Notes: a model not told the origin generated them from the sequence alone. Shown: positions 24,388-37,799, numbered from the stretch's first letter. The stretch: 64,000 nucleotides of DNA from Oopsacas minuta (GCA_024704765.1 JAKMXF010000111.1:1685627-1749626), one strand, 5' to 3'. Program-made: numbers and translations.

Positions 24388-25092
24388 AGTATATATAGAT
24401 ACGTCCATCAATGGATAATCAATATACCTAAAATGAGAAGTTTGCTAGGAAAATTGCAATAGTTTGATAGACAATCAAAGTTAAGTCAACTATAGACATG
24501 ACTTAAGTTTTTTGGTAATATTTGGGTAAGTTTAAGCAAATACTTAGTTTTTGCTTAAGTTTTGTTTAGTGAATACCAACTTAAGATTTGCTTAAGTTTA
24601 AGCAAATACTTAGTTTTTGCTTAAAGTTAAGCAAATCTTAAGTTAAGTTGTCTAGTGAATGAGGCCCCAGAACTTGCTATAATGAGATTATTCTGTAGTA
24701 TACCCAATTTACATTCTTCAATTTAGAGGAAATTGTGGTTGCTTTTGAATTAAATAGAAAGCTTTCTCGTGAGTATTACATGTACTGTATGCATAAATTT
24801 AAAAGAGTTATTAGGTTCGAACTTTAGGATACACACACACACACACGTGTACTACAATATCCTAATACGTTTTATATTATCACATACACATACGTAAGTG
24901 TCATACAACAATAGTCGGAGGGAGACAATTGTGTACAGAGACATTTGTGTACAAAGCTAGTGCGACGTTTGTGTACGCTAATACGACGTTTGTGTACGAA
25001 GTGCGAAGTTTGAGTACGAATATTTTTGTACGTGCCTTTTTGTAATTACCTGGAGGAGTGGGTAGAGGGCTCACTGGCTTAGTATTACTGTA

Positions 25093-25537
25093 CAGTGGAA
25101 CCTCTATAAATGGGGGAGTATGGGACGGGGAAAACCTGACTTGTTCCCCATTCCCCGGTTATATTTTGCATTATGAAGTGCATGTTTTAATGTAAGTATT
25201 ACACTTTTGGGATGAGTGAAGATATTAAGAATTAACAATTGGATATGAAACAGAGAAAATTTTATAAAAATTTTCACCACCCTAAGCACCTTAGATTTTT
25301 CAGTCAATTTGTGTAGTAATACAAATAAGGATAAAAATAGAGGGAAAATGATCTCTACTCCCCCAATTATAGAGGTCATTTTGTATGAGAATAATAACTT
25401 CTGGAAACTCTAGGCCATTCCCCACTTCCCCGTTTATAGAGGGTAGTTTGTATGGAAATGAAGTAAGATGGTCTAAAATTCACCACACTTATAGAGGTTC
25501 CCCATTTATAGAGACCCCACTAATAGAGGTTTTACTG
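25093..25537. mobile_element. Pogo/Tc1-type MITE
   Basis: TA-CAGTGGAACCTCTAT ... ATAGAGGTTTTACTG-TA, with internal repeated TTATAGAGG and TTCCCC motifs. Confidence 0.72.
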
Positions 25538-25788
25538 TATCAGTAATACTTGATAAACTGTAACAAATCAACGTGATAAGTCATTTGTTTAAATATTGTT
25601 GTAAGGATCAATACCTAATACCTATACTACAGAAATAATAATGACGGTAATACTAATTCTAAAAATGGAGATACTAACAATACTGAAAGATTTGATAAAT
25701 AAAGGTACACCTTAAAAGCAATAATTTGAAGGTAGGTATGGATAGGCCTCGTGTGATAGCTCGTTACTAATCCAACTAATGTGATCAA

Positions 25789-28700
25789 TAGGCCGGATCG
25801 AGAAAAGTATAAATCGTCGCTTCAACTTCTACCTAAGGGAAAAGTTGCCTTTACCATTTTCTAGGAAAATGCGAGACTTAAATTTGAAAAATATTTCGAT
25901 TTGACCCTTGCGGTTTTATATTTTTGCTGTGTCACTTTCACAAAATTGATTTTATATTGTCCGAATTTTCAAATTCCTTTGACTTAGCCCCTTTATATAT
26001 ATTATTTGGTAATAGTAAGTGGCATATTTGCTATTGAATGGTGTATTAATCGAATTTCTATGTCCAAAGATACTCAAGTTATCAAGATTTTTTTTGCATA
26101 TTCTATCATACCCTAATATTATTACTCACCCCCCATTTTTTTCCGATTATTTGAAAATTATTAGCTTTTTTATCTATCGTGGTATATGATTCAATTATGT
26201 TATATCAAGTATATTTAACATGCATAATCTTTCTTTGACTCAAATGCGGGCATTTTTTCTCTTGATGTTAGGGTTGAAAGAATTAATCCATGTCTCGCAT
26301 CTTCTCCTGTTACTGAACACGAACTTTTAGTAACTAATTTAATAGTTCTTTCAACAGCTTGTGTATGGCATGGATATGCTGGAATTTCTAGTGGAGCACG
26401 TACACAATTAATTAGTACTTCTTTTGAGAGGTATCTTGTAAAAGGCGGTTCTGTGATAAAAGAGGTTTCCCAATCAATCATATCCACATATGTTTCGGCA
26501 GTGAACCTTATTGAAGGAAGATTAAATGGGCGAATTTCAATCGGTCTAAATGATGAACTGTTAATTCGGATATCTAAAATAGTCTTCACTGCCTTTTGTC
26601 TAATTTGCTCATCATTATCTGCAAGCATCGATAACAGTAGATTTTCTGGATGACAAAAATATGAGTTTCTCTGTATCACATCGCAAATTACTCCTGGTCA
26701 GACTCCGATAGATCTCCCAGCAAAGATATCACAAAAAAATATTTTTAGGTCCATCTGTGCAAATCGGGTTACTCTTGATTCTAAACCAAACTGGTGCATA
26801 ATAATTGACAATAAAATTGACAAGTCGGGTTAATTCAGGTGTGGGATGTATCGTAGAAATGTATGACCTAAGTAATCTGTTGGCCAGTGTTGTCCATCTA
26901 GCATGATGTATAGGACCAGGTTGCATCGATGCCAGTTCAGATGAGCAAATACCAGTCTGAACTGCATGACAGATATTATATAGATATTTCTGATCTTTAT
27001 TTAAATTCTTGAGAATATCGGAATCAATAAGTTGAGTTTTATCGCATAAAGGATGATACGCTGCAATTGGTTTGCAAGTAAAATCACAATTAAGTTCTTT
27101 ACCAATTACTCCTTTAAAAGAATTGGGTCCACTGGTTTTTCCATCTATTATTTGAAAGAGATGCCTCAATGGAAGTTCATTACCATGTAATTGGCAAATA
27201 AACCAGTGGAGTGGTTTTGTGAACTCTAGTTCAAGTAATCTAATACACCCATTGTAGATTCCAGTGTTAACACGAGCTCCATCAGCTCCAACCGCCATTA
27301 AATTTGAATTACGCTCCCTGCAAAGATCAGTCAATTCCCTTGCTATACCTTTGGCTTTACCAGAACTTGGTGTTACATGGGCAACATACTGATTCCCCGG
27401 TTCAGATAAAACAGTATAATATTCTTCATTTGCAGTATCCTGATGCAAATGTCCATCTTCCCTTTCTACCAGTACTCGAGTTTGATCTTTACGGCCATCA
27501 AAATATATTGCAGATATACCATTGATAGTTTCGTGAGCCTCATTAGCCAATTCCTTTCTCACAGAGAATCTAGATCTACGCGGAGTTTGTTTCTATCAAT
27601 AATTTGACTATCTTCTTCCTGTGTGATAATACCGTAATCTTGCAGTACTGCGTTAGCTATAGCTGCGCCTGCCCGATCGCTAATTTGATATCTATCACAC
27701 ATTATGGCTAAATTTCGTAATTGATTATGATTACGTGTATACTTGTGAGTATTAGATGTACTTGAGTCAAAAGATTCAAACTCTTCAAAGTCACATTCTA
27801 TAAATTCTTGCGAAGGTTGAACTGCATGTAATCTCTTCATTTCCCTTTCTTCTCTTTCATATTGTGCCTCTTTTCTTTTTTGTTTAACAATATTTTTGAG
27901 GTTGTCATGCAATCCAAGCTGGATATAAATAATTTTCGAGCGTTTCGCTGATCAAAGAGAAATGCGTGGTATCTTTTTATCGAGAGAGCAAAAACATTTA
28001 CCTTCCTGAATTAGGCATTTGCAACTTGAGACATCGAACAAGACATTGAATTCAGAAATAATAAGCTGTATACGGTCAGGTTGTTGCTTGTTTTGGATAC
28101 TTTTTCCGTAGTATTTAGCTTTCTCAATAATATCAGAATTGATGTACTGTTTTATTTGAGCTCTGATATAGTGGGTATGGAAGCCAAATTATAGATACGC
28201 ACTAATACTTCAGTTAGTTCTTTCGCTATATCATCTCTAGTTGATTTAGAATCTTCATTTCTAAGCATTCTATAATGATTATATATATCTAGTTTTGTTG
28301 GAAGTTGATTTTCTGGAATGGGTCTTGGATAGCCAAAAATAGGATGAAATACTTTACTACACGTGTTTTCTGCCATTTCAAAAATAAATAAATTTTAGGA
28401 ATATAATCACTCAATAATATGAATGATTTGATCGAGCATTGATATAGATACTATAATTGACCATAAATTCCATGCTAGATAAATGGTAACTAAGTTAAGA
28501 ACAAGAGATAAGGAATGTTAGTAAAATTTCTTTGTGATAACCTATTGATGAATTTGGATCTAGATAAAGAAATATATTAAGTTTGGTGATTATATAACAA
28601 ATTTTACTAAGAAAATAGAATTTTCAAATAATTGGAAAAAAATGGGGGTGGGTAATAATATTAGGGTATGATAGAATATGCAAAAAAATCTTGATAACTT

Positions 28701-28986
28701 GAGTATCCTTAGCATAGAAATTCGATTAATGCACCATTCAATAGCAAATATGCGACTTACTATTACCAAATAATATATATAAAGGGGCTAAGTCAAAGGA
28801 ATTTGAAAATTCGGACAATATAAAATCAATTTTGCGAAAGTGACACAGCAAAAATATAAAACCGCAAGGGTCAAATCGAAATATTTTTCAAATTTAAGTC
28901 TCGCATTTTCCTAGAAAATGGTAAAGGCAACTTTTCCCTTAGGTAGAAGTTGAAGCGACGATTTATACTTTTCTCGATCCGGCCTA
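25789..28986 (-). mobile_element. Divergent hAT-like DNA transposon, copy 2 (3,198 bp), inverted relative to copy 1
   Basis: Same TAGGCCGGATCGAG termini; TSD GTGATCAA (25781-25788) and GCGATCAA (28987-28994); the track gives identical 154-, 277- and 117-aa peptides. Confidence 0.9.
26215..28376 (-). pseudogene. Frameshifted DDE transposase of the hAT-like element (copy 2)
   Basis: Same breaks as copy 1, plus a private 1-nt deletion (CTCAAATAAAAC versus CTCAAAATAAAAC) that truncates the first ORF to 74 aa. Confidence 0.88.
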
Positions 28987-29394
28987 GCGATCAACCATGC
29001 TGAGGCTCTCAGAAACGAGCAGAGTAAAGAATGGCTTGCTAAAGGTGCTACGCTAAGCACAAATCCTAGGTCAGATTTTCGTGCTATCAAGGTACTGTTT
29101 TTGCCGGGAACTTCGTGATACAGGACTCACAACTGACCCTGATTCACCTGTACCCTGGATGGTAGCCAGATGATAATATTTATGAAACCTCAACATGCAA
29201 TTTTCGTAAACAATAAAAATAACCACAATAATTAGGTGTACTTTTGTATGTAAATAATGCAATTTGTTATGTAATTGTAGATTCGTTTATTCAATGTCTT
29301 CATATTTGCTTTCGTACTAATTTAGATTGCTCATGATAATTTCATCCTAATTCTACTTTAAATTCCTCAGTTCTTGGATATAGCTTAATCAACG

Positions 29395-30880
29395 ATGTCA
29401 AATTGTTGTTCAGTGCAAAATTGTAAAAGTAATTATCCTGGACTAAAGAATAGCTACACTGATTCACATTGCCAAAAATGCAGAGCTAGCTAAAATGTGG
29501 TTGAAGCAGATATGTCGTGAAAATGTATCTGAATTACAAACATATTTGTCTGTATTAAACATTTCAGAGAAGATCTACTTTTGACCGTCGATATACCGCA
29601 ATTTGTTGGTACAGTGAAAACTGTTTCCAGACGGCCAGCCTACCTACCTAGTTCTTTCCCTCGTATATTTGAATTCCCACTTATTCAAAAATAAATGACA
29701 CCATCCTCAGCGATTGGATCTTGATAAGAGAGAGAAATCGTTCTTTGATCAGGTATTTAGTTTTTCTATAGGGTAACTAATTCACATACATAAGAATTCT
29801 TTTATTCAATATCTATTATCGAGGGGGTTACAGATAGCAAGCGTGACTATGAACTTTAACTAGAAAGATTCGCTGTATCGACTTTTGAAGAATTTAATCT
29901 TAAAATTTCTAATTATACATTGCCGGAGAGGTTCTTATGGTATTCTTCTGATAGAACTTTGAGTATATTTAAACCTCGGCTTTCTGGATCACTTCTTAAC
30001 GTTGAATCCTATATCCTTATAGATTCATGTCTCTGCGCAAAGGGTTAGTTTATCTACTTTACATTTATTATAAATCGGTTTGTATTTATCGGGAATACTT
30101 AATACATTAAAATATACATCTACAAATGGTTTATATAGAAAATACTAGGGTAATATATACGAAATCCCTTACTAACCGAAAACACTGTACTTTTTGTTGT
30201 AGCCCATTTTTGATTGATTATAATTACCCCTTCGTAAGATTGATATTTAAACACTTTTATAAAATTGTTTCTTTAGGATTTTATGAAGATGTCCAGGTAG
30301 TTCTAACTGTGCAAAATATTAAAGACGTTTGTGATATTGATTCCTCTATTATAGATATTTCGAGCTACCATCAATATGATTCCGAAAAGAAATCAAACAA
30401 ACTATTGTTAAACTTCAATCTTTAATTGATAAGTTTGAACTTAATCATGAATCTGATACATTATCAACAATCCCTCGTCTCCAATTTATACTATGCCAAC
30501 TCGCAAATATCTTACTTCCCAAGCAAAAATACAGATACAATGTGATCACTCTGACACTTGCTTTAAAGGTCCAACTTATTTTTCCTGCTTGTTAGAGTTT
30601 TCTTGAAACTTCTCTATGTCTTACACTTCCACATCAATCTACATTACGTAATCTTACTCAAATCAGGTTTGGAATATGCGCTTAAAGAATTTCTCATTAA
30701 ATCAACTGCGGATTTCACTAAACGACAGCGTCAGCCTGTATTAAACATCGATGAGGTTTAAGTACAGTCTGACTTTAGCAATAAAGGAGGCCAGATTTAT
30801 GGCTCGTCCAGTTCGAGTGTAGAAGTAGCAGCGAAAACTGTACTAGCTTTCATGGTTACTAGTCTTTTCGAAAAATGATC
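29395..30880 (+). pseudogene. THAP-domain P-element/THAP9-like transposase remnant, 3' truncated
   Basis: MSNCCSVQNC...W.KQICR...FVCIKHF (THAP C2CH); later KYRYNVITLTLAL, NIDEV, GGQIYG and AKTVLAFMVTSLF; many stops. Confidence 0.75.
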
Positions 30881-33002
30881 AGGCCTTATCCTTTGTAGGC
30901 TATGATTACCCCATTTAGCAGTTTATACGAATCTTAGAAAGTAAAATAATTGAGAAAATATAAATCTTCTAAAAATTTAAATTATCCATTTTTAATTTGA
31001 AACAAGATTGTATTACTAAAAAGGGCTTGTCTAACCAGCAACCTTTTATCAGACTTTTGTATATAGCAACTTAGGAGAGACGTTTTACTTTAATTTTTCC
31101 TTCAATTAATATCTCAAATGAACGAATTTATTGAAATTTTATACATCAATGAACATAAGTTTTTAGTAGAATATACACAATCACAGGTCTGAGTTTTGAA
31201 GGTTTTAACTGGTATTATTTTCGCTACACACTTTTCCTAAATATTAATTTTAGAAAATTTTTATAATTAAACTGTAAATTTCCATTCCTGTTTATGTAGA
31301 TACAGCTTGCGAAAACAGTTTCTTCATGCATTTTCCTAGTATTGGTGTTTGTAGATGAACTTATTGCAATTTGACCAGAAACATATTTTCCTTCTTGAAT
31401 ACTTTTTATTGGTCAATTTTGCCACTTGTTTGTTGTTTGCCTGTTTGTTCATACCCAAGAACAGGATGTCCCCCGTATTATTGCCTGTACCAGATCCTCG
31501 CTACCCCTAAATTTGCGGAAACACTATAATTGTGGCCAGAATTTGGCAACTGTACCCAAGTTTGTCTCCTTTATCGTTCCGAAAGTTGCGTACCGTTGCA
31601 GGTGTAATATAGTAATCCTCCCCCGAGAAGAATACTTATCATACATAGGAAAGTTCCCCCTATACAAAATTTTGTTACCAATTCGTTGATAATTCTTAAT
31701 ATTTGTTGCTTTGCGCGTATTATTGCTATTACGAAGATTGTACATATGTATTTCTACTTGATGGTTTGTGGATTTTATTATAATTCCTTTAGAGGATGAT
31801 TTGTCGTATTTTTATGATTTATTCCTGTCTTCGGATTTTTTCGCATTAGAACTGCAGGATTGGTGCTTCCTTTGATTTCCATTCAAATTAGATGCTGATT
31901 TAATAGCTCTCTAGTACAAATGTGACTAGTAATAGTGCAAATCGGGATTTCTAGGAAGAATACTATGTAGTAATTCTTCCCAGAGGGGAAATTCCTACAT
32001 ACTATCTTGCCCCTCCGTGAATATTATAATAAGAGGAAATTTTCTATATCACCCCAGCACTATAGTCACAGCCTTAAGTGAAGCCTATTTATATTATCGA
32101 TTACCATGATAAACAGATAGTCAGTGTTCCCGCTAATTTACGGGTAGGTAGGTATCTGCTAAAGGCAGAGCATTAAAAGACAGGACCTGGAGCGCGCTCC
32201 ATTTATGAATCATGAGCAGAAGGTGGAGCGGCGCTCCATTTTTGAAGGAATACACAAACTAGAGCGCGGACCTATTTAATTGCAACAATATACAAATCTA
32301 ATCGTTATTCGGCATAAAATTTAGTATTATTGATATAAAAGTGATACTGTGACACTATTGTATGATTCACAATATATTCAAATGGTTTGACGCTGCACAT
32401 TTAGCAATTTCCAGAATGTACAATGTTTAAATTCAATCCTGATTACTTAAAATACAAAACTAATGTAAATCTGAAAGAATGAAAACGAAAGCGATTGGAC
32501 CGCTCCAGTATTCCTGGATCCGGAGCCGTAGTGCAGTCCTTTTCTCACAAAGAGCGGAGGCGGGAACGCCGAGCGAGAAGTCGGTCCAAAATTGAGGAGC
32601 GCTTAATGCATTGGGTGCTGGCATCAATACGGAGGCCATCTATCTATAGACACAATTGCAAATTACATGCGGTTGCCCTCAAAATTCGTGTAAGCCACCA
32701 GGAGGCACTCCAAAATGCAAATTATCTGGGGGTGTGTCCGAATTCCTTAGGGAGATCACTACATAGAGTATGGGACATCTCGGAAAGCATACCATAAATC
32801 CTGTTCCTAATAACGAACAAACAGGCAAACAAACTAACTAGCCGCAAAAATCGACCATTAAAGTGGTTAAGAAGGAATAAGTTAAATTTTTTGTCAAATT
32901 GCAATAAGTTCGTCTAGAAACACGAATAATAGGTAAATGTATAGATGAAACTGTTTTCGTAAGCAGTATCTACATAAACAGGAATGGAAATTTACAGTTT
33001 AA

Positions 33003-34007
33003 CGAGCCTTTGGATCTTCGCTTCGCGATGAACTCGTCGCATTCCGCCTGGAGGTATCCATTATTCTCCAAATTGACGGCCCCTTTGAGTATTATAATAT
33101 AAATAGATTTAGAACAATGTAATTCACAAATATACGTATATGGCATATATGTTATTGAAATATTTAGTAAGATCAACCTCCTTTGTAGCCGTAGAAGGCA
33201 AGTATCTACTTAAATTTTGAGATTTTGCTAATTTGTTTACTTTATATTCATAAAAACAACAATAAATTTACATATGAGTACTTGAAAATGCGAAATTCGG
33301 ATTCAACGTATTGTGTTACCCCTGAGTAGCCGTTTAGAGCAAACCTATATATAAATATATATATTTTGAAATTTGGCTAATTTGAATTACTATATATAGT
33401 CAATGCCGGTTATAAGAACATCGTCAGGAACTGGATATAATGTTCTTATATCCGGGGATGTTCTTACAACCAGCATGAAATATATAGGAATATTTGAGAA
33501 CCGTTTCTGAAGATGGTTCTTATATCCGGCATGTCCTTATAACCGGCATGGTATGTTCTTATATCTGGTAAAAATTCAATGGAATAAGATATAAAAGATT
33601 CAGTAAATCGAATTATAGTTTTTATAACCGGCATGTTCTTATATCCGGCATCTAGTGTGTTCATAAAAACAACAATAAATTTACATATGAGTATCTTGAA
33701 ATGCGATTTTCTAGTCAAGTATACTTAATTACCCCTGAGTAGCCGTTTAGAGCAAGCCTGTGCGCATATTTCGAGATATGGTTAATTTGTTTACTTTATA
33801 TTCATAAAAACAACAATAAATTTACATATAATTAATCCAAAAGTTTGAAAATCGGATTCAGTATGTTGGATGTATTTAGTGAAGTTTTATTGAATTCTAT
33901 TTACTTCCTTAATAAAAAAGATAAATACATAGTTATGTGACAATTTCAAAATTGCATACCGTAAATCTTATCCTTGACTGACAACAATTGAGATTTAATA
34001 ATATAGA
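33003..34007 (-). mobile_element. Helitron-like non-autonomous element
   Basis: On the minus strand it reads A|TCTATATTATT ... GC-rich hairpin ... CTCG|T, inserted between A and T with no TSD inside the fold-back arm. It contains repeated TTCATAAAAACAACAATAAATTTACATAT modules. Confidence 0.65.
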
Positions 34008-34257
34008 TAATACAACTATCCTAAAATTAATTTTTAGGAAAAAGTATGTAGCAAAATAATACCAAGTAAAACTTTCAAACTCAGACCTGTGAATGTGTTT
34101 ATTTCCTAGAAACTTATATGTTGATTGATATATAATATTTCAATAACTTCGTTTATTTGAGATATTAAATGAAGTAATATTTTAATTAAAATGTCTCTTC
34201 TAGGTTGCTATATACAAAAGTTCTAGTAACCTGGGTTGCTAGAATATTAATATATAG

Positions 34258-36194
34258 CAGGAGGCTTCAACCTTTTTCTTTTGAGAGCCAAATGTTAGTA
34301 CCCTATTAAATTGGCGAGCCGCATTGAAAGGTTAGGAACAAGTAATCTATATTTTAATATCGCACTGTATTATTGTGAATGATTTATCATATTACTTATA
34401 TAATAAATATTATTTTGAAGGCTGATCTGTTTGATTAGTTGAATTAAGATGTTATCTGTATTAGGTTTCATATGAGGTGACGAAATACGAAGAATGATTT
34501 AGGAGGTGGTTGTCAGCCAAATTGGTTCTATATTAGTTCTTTATATATTTCATTTTAGAGAAGAATGCCTCGCAAATATAAGTGCTTCCAAATCCGATAG
34601 CTATCCTTCTTGAGTCTTTCAAAATAGCAGGATAGTTATCTGAAAGTAGTGTTTTATAGAAACTAATTACGTCAACATCCTTGAAGTCTGTCTTGAGATC
34701 TATGCTAGAATGCAGGTCAACGAGTTCAAGTTGAAGCTCCTGTGGAGCATATTGCGTATCAATACTGAGGCTGTACAAAATCTCGAAGCTTTATTGTTGA
34801 TGTTTAAAATCTCCAATCTAGACTGATTGTTTTCTTGAAGATTTGAGATAATTCTAGCATATTTGTTTCCATCGGCATTAATTTGTGAATTTAGTGTTGG
34901 AAAGTGAAAAAATAGTTACTTTTAAGCTGTAGCTTAAATAGAGCGAGATTCGACTCGAAATTTCGAATTGTGGCATAAAGTTCATGGATCATCTTGTTCT
35001 TTCCCTGGAGTGTAGTCATGTCTACAAGGAATGCAAAGTCGCTAATCCACGTTGGATCATCTAATTCAGGCATTTTCTGGTCCTTTGAGGCTAAGAAATG
35101 TGTTTCATCTGGTAATTGCGAAAACCTTTTAAGTACTGCTCCTCTACACAGCCATCTAACACTTGTAAAGTAGATAACATCCCCGTAATCTGAATCGAGA
35201 TCATTCAAAACTTCGAAAATATCATTGCCACGAGTTCTTCGATGCATAGAACGAAGAGGTAATTGGCACGTAATGCTGATGTTTTCATCAATCTTATCCA
35301 GACTGCCAATTGCTCTCCATCACAAATATCTTTACTTCCATCAAGTACCAAGCTACAGAAACTAAAACAACATATATTTTCTAAGAGTTGTGCATGAATA
35401 TTTGTTGAAATTAATTCCACTCAACCCGCTACTGTCGTAGCGCTCAGAGAGACTTTCTATATTAGTTGTTTTTTGTCTGGACAATATTGATCAACGAATT
35501 CATTTAGGCACTCCTTTACATATTCACCGTCCGTAAATGGTTTCACAAGTTTCGCGATTATATTACTAATAGCAAAGCTAACTGCTGTAACCGACTTGAC
35601 CAAATTGTCACTTTTCGAAAAGATTGATTGTTACTCTTTAAATTTCTCTCAGATTGTCAAGTTTAGTCTTTCGTGCTTCCTCAAGAATTACTACAAAATT
35701 TGACTGGTGTTTAGAGTTGTACTGTCTTTCCAAGTTTCCTTTTTTCGGAAGCAATTGTTTCACGGCATATAAGGCAAATGTATTTGAAACTGTCCTCCAC
35801 GAAAACATTCTTGATTTTCCATTCTATCTTGAATGACTTATTTTCTTCTATCTTCCGCTTTCTCGACGTGGAAGTAGCTATACGTAAAGACCAAGATAAA
35901 TGTGTAATTGCAGAGTATTTGATATTCGAAAATTAAAATATTGCCGAATACTTCTAATTTATACTTTGAGTTTTTAAAAATGAGAAGACAAAAATAAATA
36001 TCTGAAGACAACAAAAATCTTCTATATAATATTAAGACCATCAATGTATCCAGAATTTAGAAACAATAAGGTGCTACTACTTAAGTATATTCGCAATATC
36101 TTTAGAATAATATACCTACAGAATATTTATGACACATTTCAAAATAAACGAGCCGCACGTTTCATGCTCAAGAGCGGCAGGTTGAAGACCCCTG
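34258..36194 (-). mobile_element. hAT Buster-type (GTF2IRD2-like) element with decayed transposase
   Basis: TIRs CAGGAGGCTTCAACC and CAGGGGTCTTCAACC; TSD-like ATATATAG / GAATATAG. Fragments LDGSKD..D.EQLAVWIR, VRWLCRGAVLKRF, LQLELVDL and FGSTYICEAFFSKMK. Confidence 0.85.
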
Positions 36195-36464
36195 GAATAT
36201 AGCAACCTAGATTGCTGGTTATACAAACCCTTATAAATATTACATATATACACATAATTATAGCTATTGTTAACCGAGTACTGCAGGGGAAATATGTGAT
36301 TTTATGACGTAGAAGAGGTGCCAAAATCTCGTTTTTGGTGCGGGAATTGGTTTAAAACAAACAAAGTGTTAAAATTTTAGTGTTCTTGTCACTATGAACG
36401 TAAAACTTTGGCAGTAATCGGTTAAACTTAAAAATTTTTGAATTCATTTTATAGAGCACTAGAA

Positions 36465-36650
36465 CAGAGTTTCTCAACCTGTTGTCTTTTGACCAAAATT
36501 GACCACTTTGTGGTCACAGATACATTTATATGATATTTTTGGTCAAATTGAGCTTCATGGCCAAATTGAAATACCTGCCCAAACTTGATATGGTCAGAAA
36601 AAATCTTTCCCAAAGTGTGGTCAAAGCACGAGTGAGGTTGATAAACCCTG
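36465..36650. mobile_element. hAT MITE, 186 bp
   Basis: TIRs CAGAGTTTCTCAACCT and AGGTTGATAAACCCTG; perfect 8-bp TSD CACTAGAA at 36457-36464 and 36651-36658. Confidence 0.88.
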
Positions 36651-37170
36651 CACTAGAAGAACCTATTGTTTAACATATAAATATTTTTCAGATACTTTTT
36701 CCAAAATCTATAATCAACACAAAAATTCTAGAAGAGTACAAACATATAGAATTTGTTTCTCTTTCGAAATGTGTGAATATTTTAGTACCTTTCCTTTCAT
36801 AATTGTTGCAGGCGAAATGAGTTCTCAGGCAATACGCGTTTTGTCTAGGCTAAACATGTTCTGATTGAAACTTCAGGCGAAAATGAAATATGAATTTTTA
36901 TATTAGTCATGGTTGATTAAAAGAATTATGAAACCTGTATATTCAGATTCGCTTTGTAATTATGTAAAAAAGGATCTTGATATTATTTGATATTGGTTAA
37001 CTATCATATATAATTATTTGCAGTTTTTGTCTACGATTCAAATATAATGTATTTATAGCTCTAGCTAATTGTACAATAAATTCCCATTATAGCCAAGTCG
37101 GATCTAACGACACTCCTGTTATAGCGAAGTGATTGTTTACCCCAAGGAGCTTGAATTTATTTTATTGATA

Positions 37171-37331
37171 CAGTGGAACCTCCCTAAGCAGGGAGGTTGG
37201 GTCCTCAAGATTTGGTGCCCCGAACCCCGCTTATAGAGGTTCATTTGCATTATGATTAATGTAGTTGAAATAAATTTTGACCCCACTGTTAAGACATTCC
37301 TGTATCAGCCCCGCTTGTGGCGGTTCCACTG
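37171..37331. mobile_element. Pogo/Tc1-type MITE (same family as 13865-14033)
   Basis: TA-CAGTGGAACCTC ... GCGGTTCCACTG termini and shared interior. Confidence 0.75.
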
Positions 37332-37799
37332 ATATTCAAACTTGTTATAAGTACATTTATGACTTCTCATAGAACTGCTGATCACACACACCCAACCCGC
37401 GCGCCCAATTAATTACATTCAATACATGAGCATTTTCTACATATAAGAGGTGGTCTAAAAGTCGAAGACCTGAGCCCTCCCCTCTACCAAAAGTAGGGGT
37501 CCCTAACCACTAGCTTCCAAATGAATTTAATTAAATATTACAAGTTAAAGAGCTACCCTTTAACTACTGATATTTAACCAAATTCATAAATATTTTTTAT
37601 CACCCATGAATAATATAATATAGTATAGTGAAATTTCATTTGCCTGCAACACATACAAACATTGTGGAGGCGGCATTCCCCTCAGGTTTTACTCCCAAAC
37701 CTACATAGTCTAACAAATGTACAACCAAGAACGTGGTAAGCACATTTAAATGGACAAGTTGATCTATACAAAATAAATGGGTGATTAATAATAATTCTA

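Larger units (their letters stand above)
21648..24667. mobile_element. PIF/Harbinger element, 3,020 bp, two convergent genes
   Basis: TIRs GCGTCTCATTCACTAAACAACTTAA and GGGCCTCATTCACTAGACAACTTAA; 3-bp TSD CAG at 21645-21647 and 24668-24670; CTTAAG-rich subterminal arrays; Myb/SANT gene plus DDE nuclease gene. Confidence 0.92.
31021..36232. mobile_element. Old fold-back element, ~450-bp diverged arms; right arm interrupted twice
   Basis: Left arm 31021-31467 is the reverse complement of 32800-33002 + 34008-34257 + 36195-36232, with tips AAGGGCTTGTCTAACCAGCAA and AAGGGTTTGTATAACCAGCAA. Confidence 0.7.

Noticed and set aside
5658-25788. An already fixed inversion or segmental duplication between the twin hAT-like copies
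   Set aside because: Each copy keeps its own matching TSD pair, and homology stops exactly at the TIR tips.
32122-32571. Possible hAT MITE with CAGTGTTCCCGC / GCGGGAACGCCG ends and GAGCGC repeats
   Set aside because: The TIR is imperfect and there is no TSD; ORF 32495-32797 over it has no recognisable domain.
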